Origin: an uncultured bacterium
GTDB lineage: Bacteria; Patescibacteriota; Microgenomatia; UBA1400; MFAQ01
Length of the DNA stretch: 64,000 bases
Reading direction: 5' to 3'
NCBI GenBank assembly: GCA_963980225.1
Contig: CAXBYW010000003.1
Location: 32,431-96,430 of the forward strand
Below are positions 48,669 through 58,800 of the stretch, piece after piece (the stretch's first letter is position 1; each line of letters opens with the position of its first letter). The translations under genes and the position numbers were made by a program. The notes beneath the pieces were generated by a model. That model had not been told where the DNA came from. It made no database searches and saw nothing but the letters and a program-made list of their open reading frames with translations.

Positions 48669-48971
48669 ATGTCCCTGCCCCAGACAGTTTCTATCGTTTC
48701 TACCTCTGTGCTCACTGTTACTGCAGTTATAATTGGTGTCCAGCTAATTCTTATATTAAAGGAACTTCGTCATTCACTACTAAAATTTAACAAAGTTTTA
48801 GACACGGCCGAAAGTTCTCTCCAAAGACTATCTCAACCAGCGACTGCTATTGCTGGCATTCTTGAGGGTTTCAAGCAGTCCGGTACTCTTATTCAAACTA
48901 TCACAGGTTTTCTAAATCGCAACCGGCCTCAAACACCACCTGTAGATATTCCAAACAATGACACAATCTGA
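48669..48971 (+). CDS. Small TM + coiled-coil protein (DUF948/YtxG-like)
   Basis: N-terminal TM then amphipathic helix; preceded by TTGCAT-17-CATACT. Confidence 0.55.
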   Translation: MSLPQTVSIVSTSVLTVTAVIIGVQLILILKELRHSLLKFNKVLDTAESSLQRLSQPATAIAGILEGFKQSGTLIQTITGFLNRNRPQTPPVDIPNNDTI

Positions 48972-49290
48972 TCACCCAAAACCAATTTTAGACAATTCAT
49001 TTTCAGCATTCATTGCGGGGTTAGTAGTGGGAATTGCTGGAGCTTTACTTTTAGGCACAGAAGAAGGTAAAAAGATATCCCAAAAAGCCATAGACTCTAT
49101 TCCAGAGGATTTCACTAAGCTGTTCTCCCACCAAAACACCACCCCCACCCCACCACCCCCTCAAGTAACTCCTTCTCCTGGATCTTATGTAAACACAGAG
49201 CAGCCACCCCCACCCCCACCGCTTCCCACCAAACCTTTTCACACACCTACTGATAATTTCTTCTCTTCAAAAGGTCAATCTTTAAAGTAA
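48958..49290 (+). CDS. YtxH-like protein with Pro-rich tail
   Basis: FIAGLVVGIAGALLLGTEEGKK glycine-zipper motif typical of YtxH. Confidence 0.6.
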   Translation: MTQSDHPKPILDNSFSAFIAGLVVGIAGALLLGTEEGKKISQKAIDSIPEDFTKLFSHQNTTPTPPPPQVTPSPGSYVNTEQPPPPPPLPTKPFHTPTDNFFSSKGQSLK

Positions 49291-49328
49291 ACATCTATCT
49301 TACCGGCTAGGTTATAATCAAACTCATC

Positions 49329-51113
49329 ATGACAGCTAATCAGTTACGCCAAAAATACCTAGATTTTTTTGTTTCTAAGGGCCACAAGGCCATTCTCCCT
49401 GCACCCCTGATTCCAGAAAGTGATCCGACCACTTTATTCAACAGCGCAGGAATGCAACAATTAGTTCCATATATTCTTGGTCAAAAACATCCCCAGGGCA
49501 CTAGATTGGTGGACTCACAACCATCTGTAAGACTTCATGGTGTCAACGACGACATAAATGAGGTTGGTGATAATCGTCACTTAACTTTTTTCGAAATGCT
49601 TGGAAACTGGTCTCTAGGCGATTATTTCAAAAAAGAACATATTTCTTGGATCTGGGAATTTTTCACCAAGGAACTAGATATATCCAAAGAGAAACTACAT
49701 GTCACAGTTTTCACCGGCACAGAAGATGTCCCTGAAGACACAGAATCGCTAAAAACCTGGAAAAATCTAGGTATTTCTGAGGACCATATCTATAAGTATG
49801 GTGACACTAAGAACTGGTGGAGTCGTTCAGGACCACCTAGTAAAATGCCAGTTGGTGAACCGGGTGGAGCTACTTCTGAGATATTTTTCGAATTTACCCA
49901 GATAAAACATAACTCAAAATTTGGTGAAATATGTCACCCAAACTGTGATTGTGGGCGTTTCTTGGAAATAGGTAATTGCGTTTTTATGGAATATAAAAAG
50001 GAGCCAGGTGGTGGCTTATCTAAACTCCCGAAAAAGAACGTCGATTTTGGTGGTGGTTTTGAGCGAATACTTGCTGCTGTGTTAAATGAGCCAGACATCT
50101 TCAAGACAGAGCTTTTCTATCCTCTAATCCAGAAAATAAAAAAAGCCTCAAATAAACAATACAAACATAACAAATCTGTTATGCAGGTTACCGCTGATCA
50201 TTTAAAAGCGGCTACTTTTCTAATTGCCCAAGGTCTAGAGCCGTCTAATAAACAGCAAGGTTACATTCTCCGACGACTTATACGTCGGGCTGTAATGAAG
50301 ATGCGTAGTCTTGGTATAGAAAATTTTTCTAGAGTTACTAGTGACATTGTTGAGAAAATTAGCGAAACTTACTCAAAAGTTTATTCAGAGGTCAAGGGCA
50401 CTAAAAACATTACCCTAATTTTACTTGCGGAAATAAATAGATTCGAAAAGACCTTAACTAAGGGTTTAAAAGAGTTCAATAAGCTTCAAGAAATTAATGG
50501 AAAAACAGCTTTTCACCTGTTTCAAACATACGGGTTCCCTTTTGAAATTACAGAAGAGCTCGCAAGAGAGAAAGGTTTATCTATAAACAAAAAACACTTC
50601 AAAAAGGAGTTAGAGAAGCACTCAGAAAAATCCCGTACAGCTTCTGCTGGCATGTTCAAGGGAGGGTTGGCTGATCATTCTGAAGTTACCACCAAGTATC
50701 ACACAGTCACTCATCTTCTTCATCAAGCCATGCGTGATATTGTGGGTGAGCACGTAGAACAAGCTGGTTCAAACATTACAGCAGAGAGGTTAAGATTCGA
50801 CTTCACCCATAAAAGCGCGCTCACAGAAAAAGAGATCTTAAAAATAGAGAAAATAATTAACAAAAAAATTCAAGAAAATCTTCCCGTTACTCACAAAGAA
50901 ACATCATATAAAGAAGCAATTAATGATGGTGTATTAGCCTTTTTCAAACAAAAATATCCAGACAGAGTCACTATTTACTCTATTGGAGAATACTCTAAAG
51001 AACTTTGTGGCGGCCCTCATGTAACAAGCACCGGTAAAATTGGTAAGATTAAGGTGGATAAACAAAAGGCTTTGGGTCAAGGCCTTAGGCGTGTCTACTT
51101 AAAATTTATCTGA
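49329..51113 (+). CDS. alaS: Alanine--tRNA ligase (short, no C-Ala domain)
   Basis: LFNSAGM, HLTFFEMLGNWS, GYILRRLIRR, TYGFP, HTVTHLL, RFDF, ELCGGPH. Confidence 0.96.
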   Translation: MTANQLRQKYLDFFVSKGHKAILPAPLIPESDPTTLFNSAGMQQLVPYILGQKHPQGTRLVDSQPSVRLHGVNDDINEVGDNRHLTFFEMLGNWSLGDYFKKEHISWIWEFFTKELDISKEKLHVTVFTGTEDVPEDTESLKTWKNLGISEDHIYKYGDTKNWWSRSGPPSKMPVGEPGGATSEIFFEFTQIKHNSKFGEICHPNCDCGRFLEIGNCVFMEYKKEPGGGLSKLPKKNVDFGGGFERILAAVLNEPDIFKTELFYPLIQKIKKASNKQYKHNKSVMQVTADHLKAATFLIAQGLEPSNKQQGYILRRLIRRAVMKMRSLGIENFSRVTSDIVEKISETYSKVYSEVKGTKNITLILLAEINRFEKTLTKGLKEFNKLQEINGKTAFHLFQTYGFPFEITEELAREKGLSINKKHFKKELEKHSEKSRTASAGMFKGGLADHSEVTTKYHTVTHLLHQAMRDIVGEHVEQAGSNITAERLRFDFTHKSALTEKEILKIEKIINKKIQENLPVTHKETSYKEAINDGVLAFFKQKYPDRVTIYSIGEYSKELCGGPHVTSTGKIGKIKVDKQKALGQGLRRVYLKFI

Positions 51114-51124
51114 ACTATTAGCTA

Positions 51125-53278
51125 ATGAATCTTAAAGAATTACTTACATCTAAAAAGGAGGCTCCCGAGCAAGAAAATTTTTTAGCCCTGGAAATACATG
51201 AATCTCTTATAAAAACCGCCGTTTGGGAAATAGAAGGAGAAGAGCCATCAATGGTTTCAATAGGCTCATTTGAATTATGGGATTCGGAAGAATCATTAAT
51301 CAACGGAGTTGACGCTTCTCTGACTTCTGCCACAAAAAATATATTAAAAAAACCAAAAAAAGTCATTTTGGGTCTCCCAGAACCTTGGCTGGATGGTGAT
51401 AAAATTCATCCGACCAAGACAAGTTTAATAAAAAATGTTCTGACAGAACTAGGTTTAAAGCCAATCGGTTTAGTCACAAGCGCTCAGGCAATAATTCACC
51501 ATCTAAAAAAGAAAGAAGGGATCCCCCCTTCAGCAATTCTTTTAGAAGTATACCCAGATAAGGTAACTGTCGCAGTGGTAAAACTAGGTAAGGTCGAGGC
51601 GATAGAAGAGGTTGGTCGTTCAGGCGAACTTAATAAAGATGTTCAGGAGGGTCTAACTAGATTGAATTTAGATCAACTTCCCCCCCGCTTTGTTTTAACT
51701 AATGGGTCTAACCTAGAGGAAGAACAACAACAATTACTCTCCTACCCTTGGAGGGAAAAACTGCCATTTGTTCATTTACCAAAAGTAGAGGTTTTATCCG
51801 CCGAGTTCAGTATAGAGGCAATTGCTCTGGCGGGAGGATTAGAAGTAGCCAGCTCACTTGGTGCAGTGGTGAATGAGGAAGTTATGGCCCCCCCCACCAA
51901 GAACAGTCTGTCTAATTTGGGCTTTCATGTTGAGAAACCAGAATCCCGATCAGACAGCGATAAACCTGTCTTTAAAGAGAAACCCACTATTCAAGATAAA
52001 CCCATAGCCAAAAAGGTACAAGAGGTAATAAAAGAGCCATCACCCTCAGTAGTTTCCCAACAATCTCCTACAAGAGAACCTTATTTAAGCCACTTTAAAA
52101 ATATCGTTCGTTCATTAAAAACAAGGCTAGTAAATGTAAAGAAAAAATCAGGATTAGTAATGCTTTCAGGTTTATTATCCACTCCTATTTTCTTAACAGT
52201 TGCCTACTTCACCCTGGCTTCGGCTCAAGTAATGGTTACCGTAAAAAAAACTTCTTTATCTGAAACAATCAACATATCTTTCAGTGGTGAAGTCAGCCCA
52301 GATAGTATCAATCTACCAATCAATACCCAGACGTTTACCGCCTCGGTCTCAGAGTCAATTTCTACTACTGGTGAAGCTTTGGTTGGGGACAAAGCTTCTG
52401 GTACAGTTATTTTCTATAACGGGACCAATGATTCAATCACAATAAAATCAGGGGCACAAATCGAATCAGACAATCTAATCTTTCTATTAAACACCCCTAC
52501 AACAATTGCTTCTCAAAGCGCCAATAAGGTTGCAGGCACCATAGAGCTTGGTAAGTCAGATAGTCTTTCCGTAACTGCCGTTGGCATAGGGACAAGATAT
52601 AATCTGTCCAAGTCCACAGAGTTTAGTGTTGGTAGTTACTCCAGGTCAGTGGTCTACGCCATCGCCGAAAATGATTTCACAGGAGGTTCATCCAGAACAG
52701 TCAAGGCTGTCTCTGAAGACGATCATCAAAAACTACTAGAAATTGCTTCCAACAAAGTAATCTCAGAGATAGACTTAAGGGTGAAGGAACAGGACTCCAG
52801 TTTATCTAGTCTGGTAATAGGTGAGTTGTCATATTCAAAAAAAGATTTTTCCTTGGAAATAGGAGAAGAGGCTGATGTTGTCAGTTTAAACTTAACCGGT
52901 GAAGTAAATGTATTACTTTACTCCGACTCAGAAATTACCAACCAAATAAGTACTCAGTTAATTCCAAAAACAAATCCGGGCATGAAACTCTTGCAAGATC
53001 AATCTAGAATAGAGATCCTCCCTCCACAAATAGGTGAAGATGTGGGCGTCTACAAAACCCAGGCAAAGATCACTGGCTCTCTCATTCCGGTTATAGATCA
53101 AGATCGTTATATATCTCAAGTAAAAGGTAAATCTGTTAATAAGCTTAAAAATATTCTCGAAACCATTCCAGGATATGAAAGCACCAAGATAATTATTAAG
53201 CCAAACATTCCTCTACTGTCTAGATATATTCCTTTGAATAAAAAGAGAGTTTCTCTCAACGTTACCACCACAAGATAG
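51125..53278 (+). CDS. Membrane protein with degenerate actin-like (FtsA/PilM) N-domain, one TM and a baseplate-J-like extracellular region
   Basis: FLALEI...IKTAVW, LGLKPIGLV...AI, ILLEV...VTVAV; TM near aa 345-365; ASGTVIFYN, G..YN, FTGG, V...D motifs. Confidence 0.6.
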   Translation: MNLKELLTSKKEAPEQENFLALEIHESLIKTAVWEIEGEEPSMVSIGSFELWDSEESLINGVDASLTSATKNILKKPKKVILGLPEPWLDGDKIHPTKTSLIKNVLTELGLKPIGLVTSAQAIIHHLKKKEGIPPSAILLEVYPDKVTVAVVKLGKVEAIEEVGRSGELNKDVQEGLTRLNLDQLPPRFVLTNGSNLEEEQQQLLSYPWREKLPFVHLPKVEVLSAEFSIEAIALAGGLEVASSLGAVVNEEVMAPPTKNSLSNLGFHVEKPESRSDSDKPVFKEKPTIQDKPIAKKVQEVIKEPSPSVVSQQSPTREPYLSHFKNIVRSLKTRLVNVKKKSGLVMLSGLLSTPIFLTVAYFTLASAQVMVTVKKTSLSETINISFSGEVSPDSINLPINTQTFTASVSESISTTGEALVGDKASGTVIFYNGTNDSITIKSGAQIESDNLIFLLNTPTTIASQSANKVAGTIELGKSDSLSVTAVGIGTRYNLSKSTEFSVGSYSRSVVYAIAENDFTGGSSRTVKAVSEDDHQKLLEIASNKVISEIDLRVKEQDSSLSSLVIGELSYSKKDFSLEIGEEADVVSLNLTGEVNVLLYSDSEITNQISTQLIPKTNPGMKLLQDQSRIEILPPQIGEDVGVYKTQAKITGSLIPVIDQDRYISQVKGKSVNKLKNILETIPGYESTKIIIKPNIPLLSRYIPLNKKRVSLNVTTTR

Positions 53279-53286
53279 TTCTTACC

Positions 53287-54033
53287 ATGCTCTATGAATA
53301 TCGAAAATCAAACCAAGAAAACCCCACACCTGGACATACTATTCCAAATCAAATTCGTTTCTTGCCTACTTTAATTTCTGCCATAGGCTTGGGTTTGGTA
53401 GCCACTGTTATTTGGCCACTGGCCAACTATCATATTTCTTCCAGGATGGGTTTTGATAGTTACAAAAACACTCTTCTTTCTCCTTTAAATTATCAATCAT
53501 TTGCTGTTGACAACCCTGAAGACTCCCTCATACCTATATTGGGTCAGGTAGATTACATAAAAGCTAGTAATTGGTTTAATGCTTCTACTACCACCTTCAC
53601 TCCCATTCCTGACCCGACCATCTCCACATATACGATTAATATCCCTTCCTTGGGAATTGGAGAAGCCACTGTTGATTTAAATAGTGACGACTTGAGTGTC
53701 AGTCTAGTCCACTATCCTCAAACTGCCCTTCCAGGCCAAAATGGCTCCCCAGTTGTTTTTGGTCACTCCACACTCCCTCAATTTTTTGACCCTCAAGATT
53801 ACACAACCATCTTTTCTACCTTGCCAACCATCGAACTGGGGTCAAGTATCTTTGTTACTTCCAATGGAATCAAGTACACATATAAAGTAAACGACATTTA
53901 TCAAGTCAAACCAGAACAAGTAGAGGTCCTCCGTCAAGAATTCGACAAAAAATCTCTCAAATTAATAACCTGTGTACCACCAGGGACAAAACTTAAACGT
54001 CTAGTGGTAGAAGCAGTCTTGCAAAAAATTTAA
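53287..54033 (+). CDS. Sortase
   Basis: N-terminal TM, I.IP.LGI, PGQNG..VVFGH (His), LITC (Cys), KRLVV (Arg). Confidence 0.92.
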   Translation: MLYEYRKSNQENPTPGHTIPNQIRFLPTLISAIGLGLVATVIWPLANYHISSRMGFDSYKNTLLSPLNYQSFAVDNPEDSLIPILGQVDYIKASNWFNASTTTFTPIPDPTISTYTINIPSLGIGEATVDLNSDDLSVSLVHYPQTALPGQNGSPVVFGHSTLPQFFDPQDYTTIFSTLPTIELGSSIFVTSNGIKYTYKVNDIYQVKPEQVEVLRQEFDKKSLKLITCVPPGTKLKRLVVEAVLQKI

Positions 54034-54037
54034 ACTA

Positions 54038-54427
54038 ATGTCTTCCTATTTATGTATAGACCCAGGCCTATCACACACAGGATTTGCTGTTTCAGGCTCT
54101 ACTCATCTTGTGGAGACGTTAACCACTATTCACACCAAAGATAAAGATAGACTATTGGCTCAAATACTTTCAATAATCAGGGAGCAAAAACCAGACGAAT
54201 TAGTTATTGGTCAACCTTCATTTGGTCCCATACACACCTTGGCTAAAGACTTGCTCAACATTCTCAAAACACATTTCCAAGGTCCAATTCATCTTTTTTC
54301 AGAAGACCTAAGTTCGAAAATCGCTGAGAAGAAAATGCTTCAGTCAGGTGGTTCAAAACATCGTCGTCGTGACAAGAAACATAGTACTGCTGCAGCTATT
54401 ATTTTGCAAGACTTCCTAAGTTCTTAA
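54038..54427 (+). CDS. ruvX: Holliday junction resolvase-like / pre-16S rRNA nuclease YqgF (RuvX)
   Basis: IDPG..TGFA.S, LVIG.P, SEDLSS, AAAIILQDFL; alaS-ruvX-mltG context. Confidence 0.85.
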   Translation: MSSYLCIDPGLSHTGFAVSGSTHLVETLTTIHTKDKDRLLAQILSIIREQKPDELVIGQPSFGPIHTLAKDLLNILKTHFQGPIHLFSEDLSSKIAEKKMLQSGGSKHRRRDKKHSTAAAIILQDFLSS

Positions 54428-54479
54428 TTTATCTGATAGAATCATCTATAGTTAAGTTATTAATTATCAATAAATAAAA

Positions 54480-54683
54480 GTGTTCAAGAATATAATTTCT
54501 CCAGTTCAAGCCTGGTTACTCTCTAGGGGACAGTGTGTCGGCTGTGGAACTTCCCTCAACAGCGGGAGAAAAGACAAGGCAAAAATAAAAAATCACGATA
54601 AAGTTACATGTAAATGTGGCCGCATTTTTATGTTCAACTTGAAGTCTAAAACTTTCAGAAGAGCACTATTTGAAGAGGTTTAG
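54480..54683 (+). CDS. Small zinc-ribbon protein
   Basis: CVGC...CKC, 67 aa, GTG start; TGaTAGAAT upstream (hexamer 54437-54442). Confidence 0.65.
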   Translation: MFKNIISPVQAWLLSRGQCVGCGTSLNSGRKDKAKIKNHDKVTCKCGRIFMFNLKSKTFRRALFEEV

Positions 54684-54696
54684 TAAAATTTTATCA

Positions 54697-55686
54697 ATGT
54701 CTCGCCTGTTCCGCTTAATCTCCTTCACCTTGCCCATATTCATCCTGTTTTTATATTTTTCTTATCTGTCTTCTCCTGTAAGCTCATTATCGACCGGTAA
54801 GATTGAGTTTGTAATTCAGCCAGGTCAGAGCTTAGATCAAATAACTAATAACCTAAAAAAGCAGAATATTGTGCGTTCTGCTTCAACCACCAAATTACTC
54901 ATTCTTGCTAAGGGAATAAGTAAAGATATTCAAGCTGGGTATTTCTATCTATCGCCCGCTAATAATCTATCTAAGATAGTGTCAAGTTTAACTGAAGCCA
55001 GTAGTAAGCAAGTATGGGTCACCATCCCAGAAGGTTTACGTCGTGAAGAGGTTGCTTTGATAATAGAAAGTTCATTTAATTCTTCTGTTCCCAACCCAAA
55101 CTTTAGCACTCAAGAGTTTATTTTAGCCACTGAAGGACTAGAGGGTCATTTATTTCCAGAGACATATGCGTTTGATCCTAACAGCTCAACAAAGGATATA
55201 GTCAAAAAACTTACTAATCAGTTTGATCAAGTGATTGAGGATCTGTCAATTCCAATGATTGACTTAGATTCAATCTTAATCTTAGCCTCACTTTTAGAAA
55301 GGGAAGCGAGGGATTCTGATGAAATGCTAGAAATTGCCGGCATACTTAAAAAACGTCTAGAGGCAAATTGGCCTCTTCAAATTGATGCCACTGTTCAATT
55401 TGTCCTCGCAACCCAAACATGTTCAAAGTTAGATTGTGATTATTGGTCAAAAAACCTATCAAGAGATGATATAAACATATCTTCACCTTACAACACATAT
55501 AAGAAAACCGGCTTGCCTTTTGGCCCAATAGCTAGTCCAGGAAAAGAAGCAATAAAAGCATCTTTTCAAGCCACTTCTTCAGGTTATTGGTTTTATCTTC
55601 ATGATGAAAAGGGCCACATCCATTATTCAAAGACAATAGAAGAGCATAATCAGAATATTTGTACATATCTTAAAAAAGACTGCTGA
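54697..55686 (+). CDS. mltG: Endolytic transglycosylase MltG
   Basis: VTIPEG, LEGHLFPETY, ASLLERE, LQIDAT, SPYNTY, GLP.GPI.SPG. Start set to ATG 54697 (TAAAAT 7 nt upstream); track start is 54670. Confidence 0.92.
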   Translation: MSRLFRLISFTLPIFILFLYFSYLSSPVSSLSTGKIEFVIQPGQSLDQITNNLKKQNIVRSASTTKLLILAKGISKDIQAGYFYLSPANNLSKIVSSLTEASSKQVWVTIPEGLRREEVALIIESSFNSSVPNPNFSTQEFILATEGLEGHLFPETYAFDPNSSTKDIVKKLTNQFDQVIEDLSIPMIDLDSILILASLLEREARDSDEMLEIAGILKKRLEANWPLQIDATVQFVLATQTCSKLDCDYWSKNLSRDDINISSPYNTYKKTGLPFGPIASPGKEAIKASFQATSSGYWFYLHDEKGHIHYSKTIEEHNQNICTYLKKDC

Positions 55687-55715
55687 TTGACAAGCCTAAG
55701 TAATAGTGTTAATAT
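55687..55715 (+). promoter_or_regulatory. rpoBC promoter
   Basis: TTGACA (55687-55692), 17 bp, TGtTAATAT (hexamer 55710-55715). Confidence 0.7.
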
Positions 55716-55731
55716 ATCCAACATAGTCAGT

Positions 55732-55764
55732 AATCTGGCCAAGTTCTGTATGGCCAGGTTTTTT
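55732..55764 (+). terminator. Terminator-like hairpin between the rpoB promoter and start codon
   Basis: CTGGCCA-9 nt-TGGCCAG followed by GTTTTTT. Confidence 0.65.
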
Positions 55765-55810
55765 CTGTCTCTTTAATTAAAATTGCGGTCCAAGTAAATC
55801 TTAATTTTCA

Positions 55811-58800
55811 ATGCATAGAAAAAAACGAGAAAACTGGGGTAATGTAAAACACAAGTTACCCACCCTTGATTTAGTCAAAATTCAATTAGACTCATATTCA
55901 GATTTTCTTAATAATCGTATAGGAGAATCACTTCTCAAGGTAAACCCAATAAAAGACTTTAGTGGCAATGCGTTTCAATTTGAATTTCTAAGTCATAAAA
56001 TTGGCGATCCAAAAACCACCCCGAAAAAAGCCCTAGAAAAAGGAATTACTTTTGATGCGCCCCTATGGGCTATTGCCAAACTCACAAACTTAAAAACCAA
56101 CAAATTTCAAGAAAAAAAGGTATTTTTAGGTGACATTCCATTGATGACATCTATTGGGACTTTTGTGATAAACGGAGTGGAAAGAGTCGTTATTAATCAA
56201 TTGGTTAGAAGCCCTGGAGTCTATTTTACCAAAGAAATAGATCCCCAGTCAGGTCGCCCTCTCCACAAGGCGGAAATAAGACCTATTCATGGATCTTGGA
56301 TTGAAATAATGGTGAGTAAAAACGACCATTTGTCAGTTCGTGTTGACCGTCGTAGAAAAATTTCTGTCACCACTCTACTGAGAGCCATTGGTTTTTCCTC
56401 AAACGAAGAAATAGAAGCTTTGTTTAAAGATGTTGATGTGGACACAGATCATCCATATATAGCCACAACTCTACTTAAAGATACGAGTTCAAATACGGAT
56501 GAAGCTTTGCTAGAATTCTACGAAAAAATCCGTCCTGGAGAACCTGCAGTGCTAGAAAATGCCAAAAACCTATTAAAGCAAATGTTCTTTGACCACCGTC
56601 GTTATAATCTTGGTGCGGTTGGCAGATACAAAACCAATAAAAAACTTGCAAGTTTCCGTTCCGTAAGCACTGACAGCACCACTTTAACAAAGGACGATTT
56701 AGTCGCTACTATTAAATACTTGATTTCTCTTCAAAACGGAAAAGGGAAAACAGATGATATTGACCATTTAGCCAACCGTAGATTACGTCAAGTGGGTGAG
56801 TTAGTAGACCAAACAGCCCTGAGGAGAGGTCTCTTAAGTCTAGAGAGGTCTATTCGTGAAAAAATGAGCTTAGCCAAACCTGAGGAGCTTCACACCCCTG
56901 CCAGCTTCGTTAATCCACGCCCAGTAGTTGCTGCCATAGCAGAGTTTTTCCGTAGAAATCGTCTAAGTGCAATATTAGATCAAGTTAACCCTTTATCTGA
57001 AATAGATACCATTCGTCGTGCTACTGTTATGGGGCCTGGTGGTGTAACCAGGGAAAGGGCAAGTTTTTCAATGAGAGACATCCACAATAGTCAATACTCC
57101 AGGATTGGCCCTATTAGGTCCCCAGAAGGTCCAAATATCGGACTCGTTACCTATTTAGCTCTTTACACAAAAGTCAATAAATATGGTTTTCTCCAGTCTC
57201 CATACTTAAAAGTAGATCAGATTACCAAAAACGACAAACCCCTAATGAAGGTTACTAATGAAATCGTTTATTTAACGGCAGACGATGAAGAGGACTATTA
57301 TATTACTCATGCTGAGGTTGGTCAAAAAAACAGCTATATAACCGATAAGTGGGTGGCTTGTCGTTACCAAGGAGAATTCATCGAGGTCGACGTAAATAAG
57401 GTTCAATATATAGACATAGTCCCTCGTCAGGTAGTTAGTACTTCTGCTTCACTTATTCCCTTTGTCCACCATGATGATGGTATTAGGGCCCTAATGGGAT
57501 CTCATATGCAAACACAAGCTGTCCCATTATTAAAGGCAGAGTCTCCTGTAATCGGGACGGGTATGGAATCAGTGATTGCCAGCTCTATGGGTTGGGTGGT
57601 TAAAGCTCGTCATGCTGGGACAGTGACTTCTTCTGATGGGCAGCATATTAGTATCAAAATATCTAAAAAAGATGCAAGTGAGGCAACTAAAGCTAAGCTA
57701 GAAACAGAGTACGGCTACATTCAAATAAAAAGTGATATAGAGACGTATCAGATTAGAAAATTTTATAGAACTTCCCAAAATACTAGTTATTCCCAGAAAC
57801 CATTAGTGTTAGCTGGTGAAAAGGTAGAGGCAGGAGACTTAATTATAGATGGACCAGCCTCAGAAAATGGAGAGCTAGCTCTGGGACAAAACTTACTTAT
57901 AGCTTATATGTCTTTTGAGGGTTTAGGTTACGAAGACGCCATAGTTGTTTCAAGTAGATTACTTGAAAAGGATCTTCTGTCTTCTATCCACATAAGTGAG
58001 CACACTGCTGAGGTAATGGATACCAAGCTCGGACCAGAAGAGCTAACCAACGATATACCGAATGTATCAGAGCACGATCTCAGATATTTAGGGACCGACG
58101 GGATTATCATTCCAGGATCAGTTGTAGGACCAAGAGACATCTTAATTGGTAAGATCGCCCCCAAAGGAGAAACAGAGCTGACAGCAGAGGAAAGACTGTT
58201 AAGAGCTATATTTGGTGAAAAAGCCAGAGAGGTACGAGACACATCTCTAAAACTCCCGCATGGTGATCAGGGGGTAGTTGTCAGCGTACAAGTTCTCGAT
58301 AGAGAAAAAGGTGATGAGCTAAGTCCAGGGGTAATCCAACAAGTAAAAGTTCAGGTAGCACAACTGAGAAAGATCACTGTCGGTGATAAATTAGCCGGTC
58401 GTCATGGAAACAAGGGAGTTATTAGTAAAATTGTTCCCAAGACAGACATGCCACACATGGCCAACGGACGCCCCATAGACATAATAATTTCTCCTTTATC
58501 AGTTCTTGCAAGAATGAACCTAGGCCAATTGTTAGAAGCTCAGTTGGGTATAGCCGCAGAGGCTCAAGATAAAAAAATAGCAGTACCTGTTTTTGAGAGA
58601 ATACCAGAAGAAAAAATTAATCAACTTTTGGTTAAATCAGGGCTACCTATCTCTGGTAAACTACAACTTTATGATGGTAGAACAGGGGAAAAATTCATAG
58701 AAAAAACTGCCACAGGTGTTGCCTACATTCTAAAATTAATCCATATGGTAGAAGACAAGACTCATGCCCGTTCTACCGGACCTTACTCTCTTGTCACCCA

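Noticed and set aside
52200-53278. Baseplate-J-like region as a sign of a prophage or contractile injection system
   Set aside because: No sheath, tube, capsid, terminase or integrase genes; it is fused to a TM and sits among housekeeping genes
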